From a virus (lineage: Duplodnaviria > Caudoviricetes), in IMG/VR virus record IMGVR_UViG_3300014204_000120, positions 64,001-128,000 of that record: a DNA stretch of 64,000 nt; one strand, written 5' to 3'. Numbering within the stretch: position 1 is the stretch's first letter; each line of letters begins with the position of its first letter. Of this stretch, positions 11,229-20,907 are shown piece by piece. The translations under genes and the position numbers were made by a program. The notes beneath the pieces are model-generated. The model was not told the DNA's origin and made no database searches. It worked only from the letters and a program-made list of their open reading frames with translations.

Positions 11229-12619
11229 ATAATTTAAAAAAAAAGATTCTGCTAATAGTGTATGATAATGGATCGTATATACACAATTTTCCATTAGGTA
11301 CGGCTTATATAGCTGAGTATTTAAAACAACATAAGCATCAAGTAACTATTTATAATCAAGATGTATTTCATTGGGAAGAATCTCATTTAACTAATTATTT
11401 AGATAATAATAAATTTGATTATGTTGGATTAGGGTTTATAGCTGGTTATTATCAATATAAAAAAATTCAATTAATCTCTAAAGCTATTAACGCATCAAAG
11501 AATAGATTAAATTTTAAGTTTATATTAGGGGGCCATGGTCCTTCACCAGAACCTAATTTTTTTTTAAAGAAGTTACAAGCGGATTATATTGTAGTTGGTG
11601 AAGGTGAAGTTCCATTTCTATTTTTAGTTGAAGGGCGAAACCCTAGTGATATAGATAGTTTAGTTGGGTTGGATTTTAATAATAATGATAAACGTGATAA
11701 TGTAATAAAAAATATTGATGATTTACGACCTAATTGGGATTTATTTCCTATTGAGAATTATGTTTTAGTTAGAGAGTTTGGATTTAAAAAAACAGCTAGA
11801 GTTATGTCTATGGTTTCGGGTCGTGGATGTAATTTTAGATGTAATTTTTGCTATCGTCTTGATAAAGGATTAAGAATTAGATCAAATGAAAGTATTATAG
11901 ATGAAATTAAATACTTAAAGAAAACTTATAATATAGATACTATTTCTTTCTTAGATGAACTATTAATGTCATCTGAGAAAAGAGTAATATTATTATGCGA
12001 AGAATTTTTAAAGAATAATTTAAATATACAATGGGAATGTAGCGGTAGATTAAATTATGCTAAAAAAGAAGTATTAAAATTAATGAAAAGAGCCGGATGT
12101 GTATTTATTAACTATGGTATAGAATCTTTAGACGATAATGTTTTAAAAAATATGAATAAGTGTTTAACTGTTGATCAAATTATAAAAGGTGTAGAAGCTA
12201 CTAAGGAATTAGATATTAATCAAGGTCTAAATATAATTTTTGGAAATATTGGAGAAACTAAAGAAATATTAATGAAAGGTGTAGAGTTTATTAAAAAATA
12301 TGGAGATGGATGTCAATTAAGAACTATTAGACCTGTTACTCCTTATCCTGGATCTCCTTTGTATTATAAAGCTATTAATGAAGGATTGCTTAAAGACGTT
12401 GAAGACTTTTATGAGAATAAACATTTAAACTCAGATTTAATGTCAGTTAACTTCACAAATTTATCTGATAATGATTTTTATGAAGCTTTAAAGGAAGCTA
12501 ATATTGAATTGATTAAGTTTTATTATAGTAAAAATAATGACGAACAAAGTGTAATAGATCAATGTAAAAACTTGTATGATAACAAAGATGTTAGCTTTAG
12601 AGGATTTAGACAGATGTAA
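11225..12619 (+). CDS. B12-binding radical SAM protein
   Basis: N-terminal cobalamin-binding domain (GGHGPS, GEGE), GRGCNFRCNFC, GIES, TPYPGS. Confidence 0.92.
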   Translation: MNNLKKKILLIVYDNGSYIHNFPLGTAYIAEYLKQHKHQVTIYNQDVFHWEESHLTNYLDNNKFDYVGLGFIAGYYQYKKIQLISKAINASKNRLNFKFILGGHGPSPEPNFFLKKLQADYIVVGEGEVPFLFLVEGRNPSDIDSLVGLDFNNNDKRDNVIKNIDDLRPNWDLFPIENYVLVREFGFKKTARVMSMVSGRGCNFRCNFCYRLDKGLRIRSNESIIDEIKYLKKTYNIDTISFLDELLMSSEKRVILLCEEFLKNNLNIQWECSGRLNYAKKEVLKLMKRAGCVFINYGIESLDDNVLKNMNKCLTVDQIIKGVEATKELDINQGLNIIFGNIGETKEILMKGVEFIKKYGDGCQLRTIRPVTPYPGSPLYYKAINEGLLKDVEDFYENKHLNSDLMSVNFTNLSDNDFYEALKEANIELIKFYYSKNNDEQSVIDQCKNLYDNKDVSFRGFRQM

Positions 12620-12633
12620 TAAGGAGTAATATA

Positions 12634-13425
12634 ATGATAGGTTTAACAACAGTTAATATTGAACTAACAAGTAGATGTAATAAGAATTGTTGGATGTGCG
12701 GTAGAAGGAAAATTGATAGAGATTTTCCTGAGATTAGTATGAATTATGGTGATATGGATTTTGAATTATTAGAAAAAATAGCTTTGCAAATTCCAGACGG
12801 TATTATTGTTCAAGCTCATAATAACGGGGAGCCCTTAATGTATCCTCGTCTAGGTGATGCTTTGAAATTACTAAAAGGAAAAATAAGATGTTTAGATACT
12901 AATGGTAAGTTATTATTAGAGAAGTTTGATCAAATAGAAGGTAATTTAGAATCTATAACTATATCTACGTTTCAAGATGATACAGAATGGGAAGAACAGT
13001 ATAACATATTAATTGATTATTTAAAGATAGTAAACCATAAACACTATGTTATTATTAGAGTACTTGGTGAAGTAGGTGAAAAAAGATTACAACTATATAA
13101 AGATACTGGATGTTTGATAGCTTATAGAACTCTTCATTCTCCTATGGGTAGTTTTAATTATAAAAAGAAAACAGTAATACCAGAACACGGTTTTTGTTTA
13201 GAGATGTTAAGTCATCCAGCTATTAATAGATTTGGGGAAGTTTCAACATGTGTTAGATTCGATCCTTATAAAGAATTGGTTATAGGAAACTTAAATAATC
13301 AGACATTTGAGGAAATATGGTATGGTAAAAAAAGAATGGAATTAGTACATAAACATATAAATTGTGAACGAAATAAAATTCCTTTTTGTTCTAAATGTGA
13401 GTTTTATGGAATTCCTAGAGGGTAA
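12634..13425 (+). CDS. Radical SAM/SPASM protein
   Basis: CNKNCWMC, GEP, C-terminal CSKC. Confidence 0.88.
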   Translation: MIGLTTVNIELTSRCNKNCWMCGRRKIDRDFPEISMNYGDMDFELLEKIALQIPDGIIVQAHNNGEPLMYPRLGDALKLLKGKIRCLDTNGKLLLEKFDQIEGNLESITISTFQDDTEWEEQYNILIDYLKIVNHKHYVIIRVLGEVGEKRLQLYKDTGCLIAYRTLHSPMGSFNYKKKTVIPEHGFCLEMLSHPAINRFGEVSTCVRFDPYKELVIGNLNNQTFEEIWYGKKRMELVHKHINCERNKIPFCSKCEFYGIPRG

Positions 13426-13432
13426 ATAATAA

Positions 13433-13771
13433 ATGAAATATGTTAAAAAGCTTTGGGGTGAAGAGCATTGGTTAGCTAACGATGATTTTTGTTGTAAAGA
13501 ATTAATACTTAAAGAAGATTATAGATGTAGTTTGCATTATCATAAAAATAAGGATGAATTGTTTTATGTTATTTCTGGAAAAGTATTAATTGAATTAAAT
13601 GATATAAAAGAAATATTAATTGAAGGAGATTGGATTAGAGTTAAGCCATACGATAAACATAGATTTACTGGATTGGTAGATAGCGTTATATTAGAAAGTT
13701 CAACACATCATGAAGATGGAGACTCATATAGAATTGAACCAAGTGGTAAATTTAATAATATGGAGGATTAA
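13433..13771 (+). CDS. Cupin (mannose-6-phosphate isomerase-like) protein
   Basis: KLWGEE, SLHYHKNKDE, HRF. Confidence 0.8.
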   Translation: MKYVKKLWGEEHWLANDDFCCKELILKEDYRCSLHYHKNKDELFYVISGKVLIELNDIKEILIEGDWIRVKPYDKHRFTGLVDSVILESSTHHEDGDSYRIEPSGKFNNMED

Positions 13772-14632
13772 ATGAATACTATTTTAGTTTCAGAGATTGG
13801 AATTAACGCGAACGGTTCTCTTGAGATAGCAAAAAAGTTAATAGATTTAGCTGTGTTAGGCGATTGTAAGTTTGTTAAATTTCAAAAAAGAACAGTTGAA
13901 GCTGTATATACTAAGGCTGAATTAGATAAACCTAGAGAATCTCCATGGGGAACAACTAATAGAGAACAAAAGATGGGATTAGAGTTTGGTAAAAAAGAGT
14001 ATGATGAAATAGATAGATATTGTAAGGAAAAGGGTATAGGATGGTTTGCTTCTCCTTGGGATATAGATTCTGTTGACTTTTTAATGCAATATAATCCTAA
14101 GTATATTAAAGTAGCTTCTGCAATGGTAACTAATGAACCTTTATTAAAGAAAATTAATGAAGCTATTAAAGGAACACAAACTAAAGTAATTATAGCTACC
14201 GGTATGACTACAGAAACTGAGTTGTTTGAAGCTTTATCGATTTTAGGGAATAATAATATAGAGTATATATTAGCGTGTACTTCGAGTTATCCTACACCAG
14301 TAAAAGATATGAATATGGCTAAAATAGCAACATTACAAGCTAAGTTTTTAGGAACATCATATAAAATTGGTTTTTCTAATCACTATTCAGGTTTAAAGTT
14401 TATTTTTATGGCTGCTACGTTAGGAGCTAGAATGATTGAGTATCATATAACTTTAGATAGAACAATGTATGGAAGTGATCAGGCTTCTTCTATTGAACCA
14501 TCAGGAGTATTAGAAATACCTTGTCATATTGAAATGATTGAAAATGCTTGGGGAAATGGAAAATTAGAGTGTATGCCTAGTGAATTACCAATTAAGGAAA
14601 AATTAAGAAAGAAGTCAACTACCGGCGGATAA
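13772..14632 (+). CDS. neuB: N-acetylneuraminate/nonulosonate synthase family
   Basis: EIGIN, VKFQKR, CTSSYP, GFSNH, EYHITLDRTMYGSDQ. Confidence 0.92.
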   Translation: MNTILVSEIGINANGSLEIAKKLIDLAVLGDCKFVKFQKRTVEAVYTKAELDKPRESPWGTTNREQKMGLEFGKKEYDEIDRYCKEKGIGWFASPWDIDSVDFLMQYNPKYIKVASAMVTNEPLLKKINEAIKGTQTKVIIATGMTTETELFEALSILGNNNIEYILACTSSYPTPVKDMNMAKIATLQAKFLGTSYKIGFSNHYSGLKFIFMAATLGARMIEYHITLDRTMYGSDQASSIEPSGVLEIPCHIEMIENAWGNGKLECMPSELPIKEKLRKKSTTGG

Positions 14633-14677
14633 ATCTGTGGGCTTGAATCGTGAGGTTCAACGATTAAAATAGTTGGT
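14614..14677 (+). mobile_element. Probable relic of an IS200/IS605 IscB-type element end (omegaRNA/HEARO 5' part)
   Basis: GTCAACTACC-stem(TAAA)-GGCTTG-stem(GTGA)-CAA...TAGTTGGT with closing helix; GC-richer than flanks; recognised by pattern only. Confidence 0.45.
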
Positions 14678-14697
14678 TTCATTTCTATATAGAGATC

Positions 14698-15138
14698 ATG
14701 ATAGAACAAAGTTTATATAATCAAATTGTAGAAAATATGCCAATTTGTTGTGTGGATGTTTGTATATTAAGAGAAAACGGCGTATTATTAGTTAAAAGAA
14801 ATACAGAACCTTCCAAAAATGCGTATTGGTTGCCGGGCGGGCGTCTTTATAAAAACGAGTTACTTAAAGATTGTGCTTATAGAAAAGCTAAAGAAGAAAC
14901 AGGAATTGAATGTATAGTAGGTCCAATCGTTCATACAGACGAAACAGTATTTGATACAGGTCCGTCTGGTATTCCTATTCATAGTATCAATGTTTGTTTT
15001 TTATTGATGCCTATAACATTAACTATTAAATTAGATCAATATAGTGATGATTATAAGTGGGTTAAAACAATTCCATTAGATATTCACCCATACGTAGGTA
15101 AATGTCTAGAAAAATGTGGTCTTAATTATTATAAATAA
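14698..15138 (+). CDS. Nudix hydrolase (GDP-mannose mannosyl hydrolase-like)
   Basis: PICCVD, WLPGGRL..NE....A.RK..EETG. Confidence 0.85.
   Translation: MIEQSLYNQIVENMPICCVDVCILRENGVLLVKRNTEPSKNAYWLPGGRLYKNELLKDCAYRKAKEETGIECIVGPIVHTDETVFDTGPSGIPIHSINVCFLLMPITLTIKLDQYSDDYKWVKTIPLDIHPYVGKCLEKCGLNYYK
15130..15137 (+). promoter_or_regulatory. Possible T4-type late promoter TATAAATA
   Basis: Exact match just upstream of first gene of the capsid-targeting-like array; chance matches are common in AT-rich DNA. Confidence 0.3.
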
Positions 15139-15170
15139 TTATAGATCTTAATAATTAAGGAGAAAATAAT

Positions 15171-15509
15171 ATGTCAGTTATTCAGTTTTTAAAAGAAGCA
15201 ATTTCAAGAGAAGAAGCAGAAGATTTAGTTAAAACTGTAGCCATTATGAGTACTGATGGTGAAACAAAAGGAAGATATCTTAATTTAAATAGAGCTAAAC
15301 GTGGTGAAGTTGAATGGGTTGGCGTTGGTAGTGCTGGGATTTTTTTAATGAAAAATAAAATTATAAAAGATATACTACCGACTGTTGCTGATAAAATTGG
15401 TAACTATAAAATTGTTTATAAAGATGATATGCCTAGAGATTACGGAAAATCTTCATTTAGAGACGAACCAGTAAGAACTTTTACACCTAAAGCTACAACT
15501 ATTGATTAA
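15171..15509 (+). CDS. Hypothetical protein with CTS-like N-terminus (MSVIQFLKE)
   Basis: ORF with AAGGAG RBS. Confidence 0.7.
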   Translation: MSVIQFLKEAISREEAEDLVKTVAIMSTDGETKGRYLNLNRAKRGEVEWVGVGSAGIFLMKNKIIKDILPTVADKIGNYKIVYKDDMPRDYGKSSFRDEPVRTFTPKATTID

Positions 15510-15527
15510 ATAATATAATTCATTTAA

Positions 15528-15535
15528 TATAAATA
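15528..15535 (+). promoter_or_regulatory. Possible T4-type late promoter TATAAATA
   Basis: Exact match in intergenic gap 35 nt before ATG 15571. Confidence 0.3.
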
Positions 15536-15570
15536 TAATTAGGTAATTAAACCTATTAAAGGTAGGTGTT

Positions 15571-15849
15571 ATGACTAATTTTATTTCGTATTATTTTGGT
15601 GAAGACTATAAAATGCAGTATGACATTGGTAGTTCTTTAAGAAATGAATATGCTAGATATCTAATTTCACAATGGTTTGAAGAAGCTAAACGTAAAAGAG
15701 ACTTTGATTTGGACCCTAAAGACCTACAAAGAATGGTAGAATTGGTTCGTCAAAAACATAAATTAGGTGAAGAAGAAATTGAAAATATAGCAGATGAGTT
15801 AAAACTAATAGCTCAAGATATTATTAAATCAGCCGAACAGGTAGCTTAA
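15571..15849 (+). CDS. Hypothetical protein with CTS-like N-terminus (MTNFISYYFGE)
   Basis: ORF with RBS. Confidence 0.7.
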   Translation: MTNFISYYFGEDYKMQYDIGSSLRNEYARYLISQWFEEAKRKRDFDLDPKDLQRMVELVRQKHKLGEEEIENIADELKLIAQDIIKSAEQVA

Positions 15850-15850
15850 A

Positions 15851-16711
15851 ATGAGTAAGTTTACTACTTTTTATGAGAAGTTTGCAAAAGGAGTAAAGTC
15901 ACAATATGGCTATTCCGAACTCTATATTAATCCCAACATTGCTGACCGTGATGAAATGGTTGGTACTGATATATTTGCTTCTTTTCGTGGTATCATAGAT
16001 CCTAAAGGAAACTTATATGTGTGGATTGATAAAGCAGCCTTACACGATGAAGTCTTAGAAGATTTAGGACTTTATAACAACTATAAAGCTATTCCAATTT
16101 ATATTTATCCGGATGATAAGTATAATGTTATAATAAGTTATTGGTCTAGACAAACTGCATCAAATGAAGATAAAAAGTCATATAAAGATAGAGTTTTAAA
16201 TAATAAGTATCTTAAAGATTTTTTAAATAAACCTATTAGTATAAAAGAAACTAATCCATTAAAATCAGATAAAGATATATTTACACCACTTTCAAAAGAG
16301 ACCGTTCATGAAAGAATGGCATTTAAGAAAAAAATGCTTGGTGATAAAAATGAAACTAAACTGTTTATAGACCCTACAGATAGAGAAATACAATATTTAC
16401 TACAAATTGATAATAGAGGTATTAGAGGCGGTATAGATCAAAACGGTATTGTTCATGTATGGAAACTTGATACCAATCCTAAGAAAATCCAACAAGAATT
16501 TAAACTTCACTTCATTGCTGATGTTATGTGGGATGCTAATAATAAAGAAGAAGCTAATATTAAATTATTGGATCCATCGTGGAAAGCCAATACTGTTAAT
16601 GAAGATCTTTTAAAGAAAATAGATTATGGAATGGTTAATGCATTTTCATTTTTAAAATCATACAATATTACTGATTATGCTGGTAAAAATATAATTACCC
16701 GTGAGGTCTAA
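15851..16711 (+). CDS. Hypothetical protein, two tandem copies of NP/DPT..R.GID..G.V.W domain
   Basis: Internal duplication visible; paralog of 17861 and 25388. Confidence 0.7.
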   Translation: MSKFTTFYEKFAKGVKSQYGYSELYINPNIADRDEMVGTDIFASFRGIIDPKGNLYVWIDKAALHDEVLEDLGLYNNYKAIPIYIYPDDKYNVIISYWSRQTASNEDKKSYKDRVLNNKYLKDFLNKPISIKETNPLKSDKDIFTPLSKETVHERMAFKKKMLGDKNETKLFIDPTDREIQYLLQIDNRGIRGGIDQNGIVHVWKLDTNPKKIQQEFKLHFIADVMWDANNKEEANIKLLDPSWKANTVNEDLLKKIDYGMVNAFSFLKSYNITDYAGKNIITREV

Positions 16712-17223
16712 TGGATAAATTTAATAATTATTATTTCAAAGAAGCTGAAGAAAAATCTGAAAAAATAGATGAACTTAAAATATTTATTGATTTGGACGGA
16801 GTCTTAACAAATTTTACTAAAGCTTTGGATGATTTAAAGATTAAAGAAAAAGGAATGACCCAAGATGAATTTTGGGCTGCTATTAAAGATAAAGGTGGTA
16901 TAAGTTTTTGGGAAGATATGGAATGGTTGCCTAATGCTAAAAAACTATGGAACCATGTTAAAAATCATAATCCAACAATATTAACTTCTCCTGCTAGGTC
17001 AACGTATAGTAAAGAAGGTAAAATGTTGTGGATTGCTAGAGAATTAGGTAAAGATGTTCCTTATGTATTTGATAGAGATAAGTTTAAATATGCTACACAA
17101 AACAGTATATTGATAGATAATGAAGATAAAAATATTAAAGACTGGGTTAAGTACGATGGTATTGGAATATTACATAAGTATCCTGAAAAAACTATAGAGG
17201 AACTAAAACGATATGGATTTTAA
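16711..17223 (+). CDS. HAD-family 5'(3')-nucleotidase-like protein with CTS-like N-terminus
   Basis: DLDGVL, ILTSP, K..W, LIDN motifs; MDKFNNYYFKE. Confidence 0.8.
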   Translation: MDKFNNYYFKEAEEKSEKIDELKIFIDLDGVLTNFTKALDDLKIKEKGMTQDEFWAAIKDKGGISFWEDMEWLPNAKKLWNHVKNHNPTILTSPARSTYSKEGKMLWIARELGKDVPYVFDRDKFKYATQNSILIDNEDKNIKDWVKYDGIGILHKYPEKTIEELKRYGF

Positions 17224-17608
17224 TTCATATTATTTTATTGAGGATTCTTGTTCTTATAAGTTAGGTAATTGTGAAGTTTTTGCTATTGCTTTATCAGAAC
17301 TTTTAAATAAACCATTATATGTTGTAAGAGGTTTTTATTGGGATAATAATATAAAAGAAAATGTGTATGAAGATTGTCATGTTGTTGTAAAAGTTAGTAA
17401 TAATAATTATATGGATGTTGATGGAATAAAAAATGAAGAAGAAATTAAATTAAGTTGTATGTTTTTGAACGATATTAAAAAAATTAAGTTAATAAAAATT
17501 ACTAAAGAAGAAGCTAAATTTATATTTTCAACGGAAGGAATTTTAGAAAAAGATATTGAAAAAGCTAAACAAATAATTTTACAAAATAAGAGTAAATATG
17601 GATTTTAA
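17213..17608 (+). CDS. Hypothetical protein (GNC.VFA.AL...H....MDVDG; possible Cys-His catalytic fold)
   Basis: Motif pattern; MDFNSYYFIE N-terminus. Confidence 0.6.
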   Translation: MDFNSYYFIEDSCSYKLGNCEVFAIALSELLNKPLYVVRGFYWDNNIKENVYEDCHVVVKVSNNNYMDVDGIKNEEEIKLSCMFLNDIKKIKLIKITKEEAKFIFSTEGILEKDIEKAKQIILQNKSKYGF

Positions 17609-17864
17609 GTTATTTTATTTTTCTAAGCTTATTACTGAAAATGATAGTGATTTAGATAGTGATCTGAAATCACTTTTGTTGAAAGGTCAAGAAATAGCTA
17701 ATAAGTTAAACTTAAAATTTCATGGTTGGCAAGAAGCATTTGAAACATTTACTGGTGCTTTTGTTTTTACTGATAAGAAAACTCGTAGTACTTTTTTTGC
17801 TAAAGATGAAACTGAAGCAGAACAAAACTTAAATAAAATGAGATTAAAATTTAAAATATCATGA
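17598..17864 (+). CDS. Hypothetical protein with CTS-like N-terminus
   Basis: MDFKLFYFSKLITE; overlapping-gene coupling. Confidence 0.65.
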   Translation: MDFKLFYFSKLITENDSDLDSDLKSLLLKGQEIANKLNLKFHGWQEAFETFTGAFVFTDKKTRSTFFAKDETEAEQNLNKMRLKFKIS

Positions 17865-18292
17865 ACAGATTTAATAATTTTTATTATACAGAATCATTTT
17901 ATAAAGGAAATAACTTTAATACAGATTATTTCAAAGGATATGCTGAAATATATAAAAATCCAACTCATTCAGAATTAAAAGCTATATCTAAAGAATCATA
18001 TGATAAAGGTATACGTTTTGGTATAGACGATAATAATGACGTATATGCTTGGATTGAAGATATATTACACGAAGATATTGAAAGATTTTTAAAAACAGAA
18101 TGGAAACTTAGACTGGAATATACTTTAAATAGAGATACTTTATACTTATCATCCGGAGAAACTGGTAAATATTGGAATGATTATGGTAAACCTAAGGTTA
18201 AATATTTTAAAGAAATTATGCCTTCAATAAATAAAATTGAAATGGTAACTAAACCGTATACAATAGTTTATAATTATGAGGAAGTAAAATGA
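17861..18292 (+). CDS. Hypothetical protein, paralog of 15851 domain
   Basis: EIYKNPT...IRFGIDD..DVYAW...LH. Confidence 0.7.
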   Translation: MNRFNNFYYTESFYKGNNFNTDYFKGYAEIYKNPTHSELKAISKESYDKGIRFGIDDNNDVYAWIEDILHEDIERFLKTEWKLRLEYTLNRDTLYLSSGETGKYWNDYGKPKVKYFKEIMPSINKIEMVTKPYTIVYNYEEVK

Positions 18293-18876
18293 AGTTTTTA
18301 GAATATTATTTGTTTCAAGAGGATCCAGAAGTTTCTAATACTTCTGATTGGCGTGAAAAATATGTTTATCATAGAACTCCAGTTACTAAACAATGGAAAA
18401 AAGTTAAGGTAAAAAGTTTACCTGCCGATCTTCAGTGGAAATATGCCCCTCCGGATGTTAAAATTCAAAGGAAGAAAGCAGGTCATTATGTTTCAGCACA
18501 GTCTGTAGGAAGCGGTCCTACATTAACAAATAAGCATGTATTTGATTTATATTATTCTGGGAATAGAGAAGGTGGATATAATAATTTTGATAATGGAAAA
18601 TTGGTAGTAGCAACAGATGATTCAGCTAAGGCTATTGAAATTGAGAAGTCTGGTCAAATAGTTGCTGTTGCTCATATGGTTCCTTTAGATGCTTTTAAGA
18701 AGTATTATTCATATGAAGATGAGGATTGGAAGGATTTTTCTAAGGATATGAATGACGAACAAAAGTTTGAAATGATAGATTTTACAGACAATGATGTATA
18801 TTTGGTTGATTTTGCAGCGTATAAAGATCAGATAGAATTTAGTTTATCTGAGGATCCTGATAATGAAGTTCAATGA
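18289..18876 (+). CDS. Hypothetical protein with CTS-like N-terminus
   Basis: MKFLEYYLFQE. Confidence 0.7.
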   Translation: MKFLEYYLFQEDPEVSNTSDWREKYVYHRTPVTKQWKKVKVKSLPADLQWKYAPPDVKIQRKKAGHYVSAQSVGSGPTLTNKHVFDLYYSGNREGGYNNFDNGKLVVATDDSAKAIEIEKSGQIVAVAHMVPLDAFKKYYSYEDEDWKDFSKDMNDEQKFEMIDFTDNDVYLVDFAAYKDQIEFSLSEDPDNEVQ

Positions 18877-19309
18877 TTATTATTTTAAAGAGATAGAAAT
18901 ATATGGTAATAAGAAACCTTTTATTACTAAAGATGAAAGTGGTCAGTTAGAACATTTAGTTGATGAAATAGATTCAGAAGATATTAGAGTTTTAATAGGT
19001 AAAGAAAAGTTAGTTAAGACTTTAGGGAATATTGATCAGACTAGTTCAGAATATGATGGGTGGAGATTTTTATATAGAGATAATGGTAAGATAGTAGGAG
19101 CTGTTCAAGGTGTTATTATGTCTGATGGAACTAATGTATTATCAAATATATATGTTAAAGATGAATATAGAAAACAAGGTATTGGAACTAAATTAGTTAA
19201 TATAGCTAAAGAACATATGAAAAATCTTAAAGCTAGTAATGACTTTACAGAATTAGGTTATAAATTTTTTAACAAATTAGATAATAAGGATAAATATGTC
19301 AATCAATAA
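18863..19309 (+). CDS. GNAT acetyltransferase with CTS-like N-terminus
   Basis: IYVKDEYRKQGIGTKL motif A; MKFNDYYFKE. Confidence 0.85.
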   Translation: MKFNDYYFKEIEIYGNKKPFITKDESGQLEHLVDEIDSEDIRVLIGKEKLVKTLGNIDQTSSEYDGWRFLYRDNGKIVGAVQGVIMSDGTNVLSNIYVKDEYRKQGIGTKLVNIAKEHMKNLKASNDFTELGYKFFNKLDNKDKYVNQ

Positions 19310-20000
19310 TTTATTAAAAAATATGTTATATTTGAAAGAATCTGATGTTTCGTTTCATATTAGTCGTAAGGAAGTGCCATCTGAAATATTAATATGGGCT
19401 GATGAAATATTAGGTAAAAAGATTAATTCAAATATTTCTGTTATACAATCAGGTGAAATAGAAGCTAAAATGCCTTGGCACGAAGCTGATAGAGAATATT
19501 ATGCTATGTTTAAATTAATGAATGGTAAAGCTATTAAAACGGAATTTGAATTTACAAGAAGTGGAATGGAAGGTGATGGTAATATTACTGGTAAAGAAAT
19601 TAAAGGTACTACTAAAATACCAACAGGATATATCTTTGCTGTTGCTGGTATATATCCACAAAGATTAAAAATATATACTTCAGAGGATGCTACTAAATTT
19701 TTACCTGATAAAACTGATAACGATATAACAGATACAGAATTATTAACATTGTATTGGGCCAGAAGTCTTATGTCATTTGCTAGACCTAGATTTAAGGAAT
19801 ATGATAATATAGTTAGTTCATTAGTTTCAAAAGGGTTTATGAAAGTTAACGGATCTATAACTAGTAATGGAAAAAATGCTCTTAATACTAATATTGATAA
19901 AATAAGAACTATATTTAAAGATAAAACGTATGCAGATCCTAAATTATATTCTAAGAATTATAATGATTATATGTTTAGTAATTATCCAATAACGTATTAA
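19296..20000 (+). CDS. Hypothetical protein
   Basis: 234 aa ORF in operon; N-terminus ends LYLKE. Confidence 0.7.
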   Translation: MSINNLLKNMLYLKESDVSFHISRKEVPSEILIWADEILGKKINSNISVIQSGEIEAKMPWHEADREYYAMFKLMNGKAIKTEFEFTRSGMEGDGNITGKEIKGTTKIPTGYIFAVAGIYPQRLKIYTSEDATKFLPDKTDNDITDTELLTLYWARSLMSFARPRFKEYDNIVSSLVSKGFMKVNGSITSNGKNALNTNIDKIRTIFKDKTYADPKLYSKNYNDYMFSNYPITY

Positions 20001-20009
20001 AGGTTATAT

Positions 20010-20897
20010 ATGAAATTCAGTGAATACTATATGATGAGTGAAGTTTCTGAAATAGCTTTAAATAAAGCTAAGGAAAAATTTATTCAACAAGGTGAAGATA
20101 ATAATGAAGTTGAAACTATAGTTAATAAATTTAATGAATTAGAAAAGAAACATTTAACTAAAGGTATTGATCTGTTTAAAATAAGATTTCAAGAATTAAA
20201 AGACTTTATTACTAATTCTCAAGAATCTAAAACGGTTAAAAAGAAAGAAGTTAAATCATCAGGAGCAGATAAAGTATACGAAGATTCACAATATATATTA
20301 TATAAAATATTAACTAAAGAAGCAGCTTGTTTATATGGAAAAGGAACTAAGTGGTGTATATCTGCTAAAGAAAATAATATGTTTGATGAATATAAAAATA
20401 TATATAGTTTTTATTTTTTAATAGATAAAACTAAAAATGAAAATGATCCTTTATATAAAATAGCATTTTCAGTTGGAAGACCTGATGTTATTGTATATAA
20501 TGCCGAGGATATAGAATTAAATAATTATGTTATTCCTGAAAAAATCAGACCTTTTTTAAAGAAAGATGAATATTATGTTTTAGAAATAAATAGCAAGGAT
20601 AATAAAATAAAATACGTTATTGTATCTTTAAAAGGATTATTAGATATTAAACATTTAATATTTAAAAATTTAAATAAAATGGATTTGTATGTAACCACAA
20701 AAAACAGTTTATCTTTTACTCAAAATATTATTATCATTAAAAATTCATTAAATAATCATGCTAATTTAAAATCAAAAATATATAAAAAGAACGAAATGCA
20801 AACATATTTAGATGAATTAGCCAAAAAAGAAAAAGATATGAAAATTGTTTTTATATATGGTGATGGTGTAGATCCCAAAAAAATTAATACTTTATAA
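20010..20897 (+). CDS. Hypothetical protein with C.YG.GT.WC domain
   Basis: ACLYGKGTKWCIS; paralog of next two genes. Confidence 0.75.
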   Translation: MKFSEYYMMSEVSEIALNKAKEKFIQQGEDNNEVETIVNKFNELEKKHLTKGIDLFKIRFQELKDFITNSQESKTVKKKEVKSSGADKVYEDSQYILYKILTKEAACLYGKGTKWCISAKENNMFDEYKNIYSFYFLIDKTKNENDPLYKIAFSVGRPDVIVYNAEDIELNNYVIPEKIRPFLKKDEYYVLEINSKDNKIKYVIVSLKGLLDIKHLIFKNLNKMDLYVTTKNSLSFTQNIIIIKNSLNNHANLKSKIYKKNEMQTYLDELAKKEKDMKIVFIYGDGVDPKKINTL

Positions 20898-20907
20898 GAG
20901 ATAACTT

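Noticed and set aside
14640-14665. tRNA suggested by GGTTCAA
   Set aside because: No cloverleaf can be built; sequence is better explained as a GNRA hairpin in the element relic
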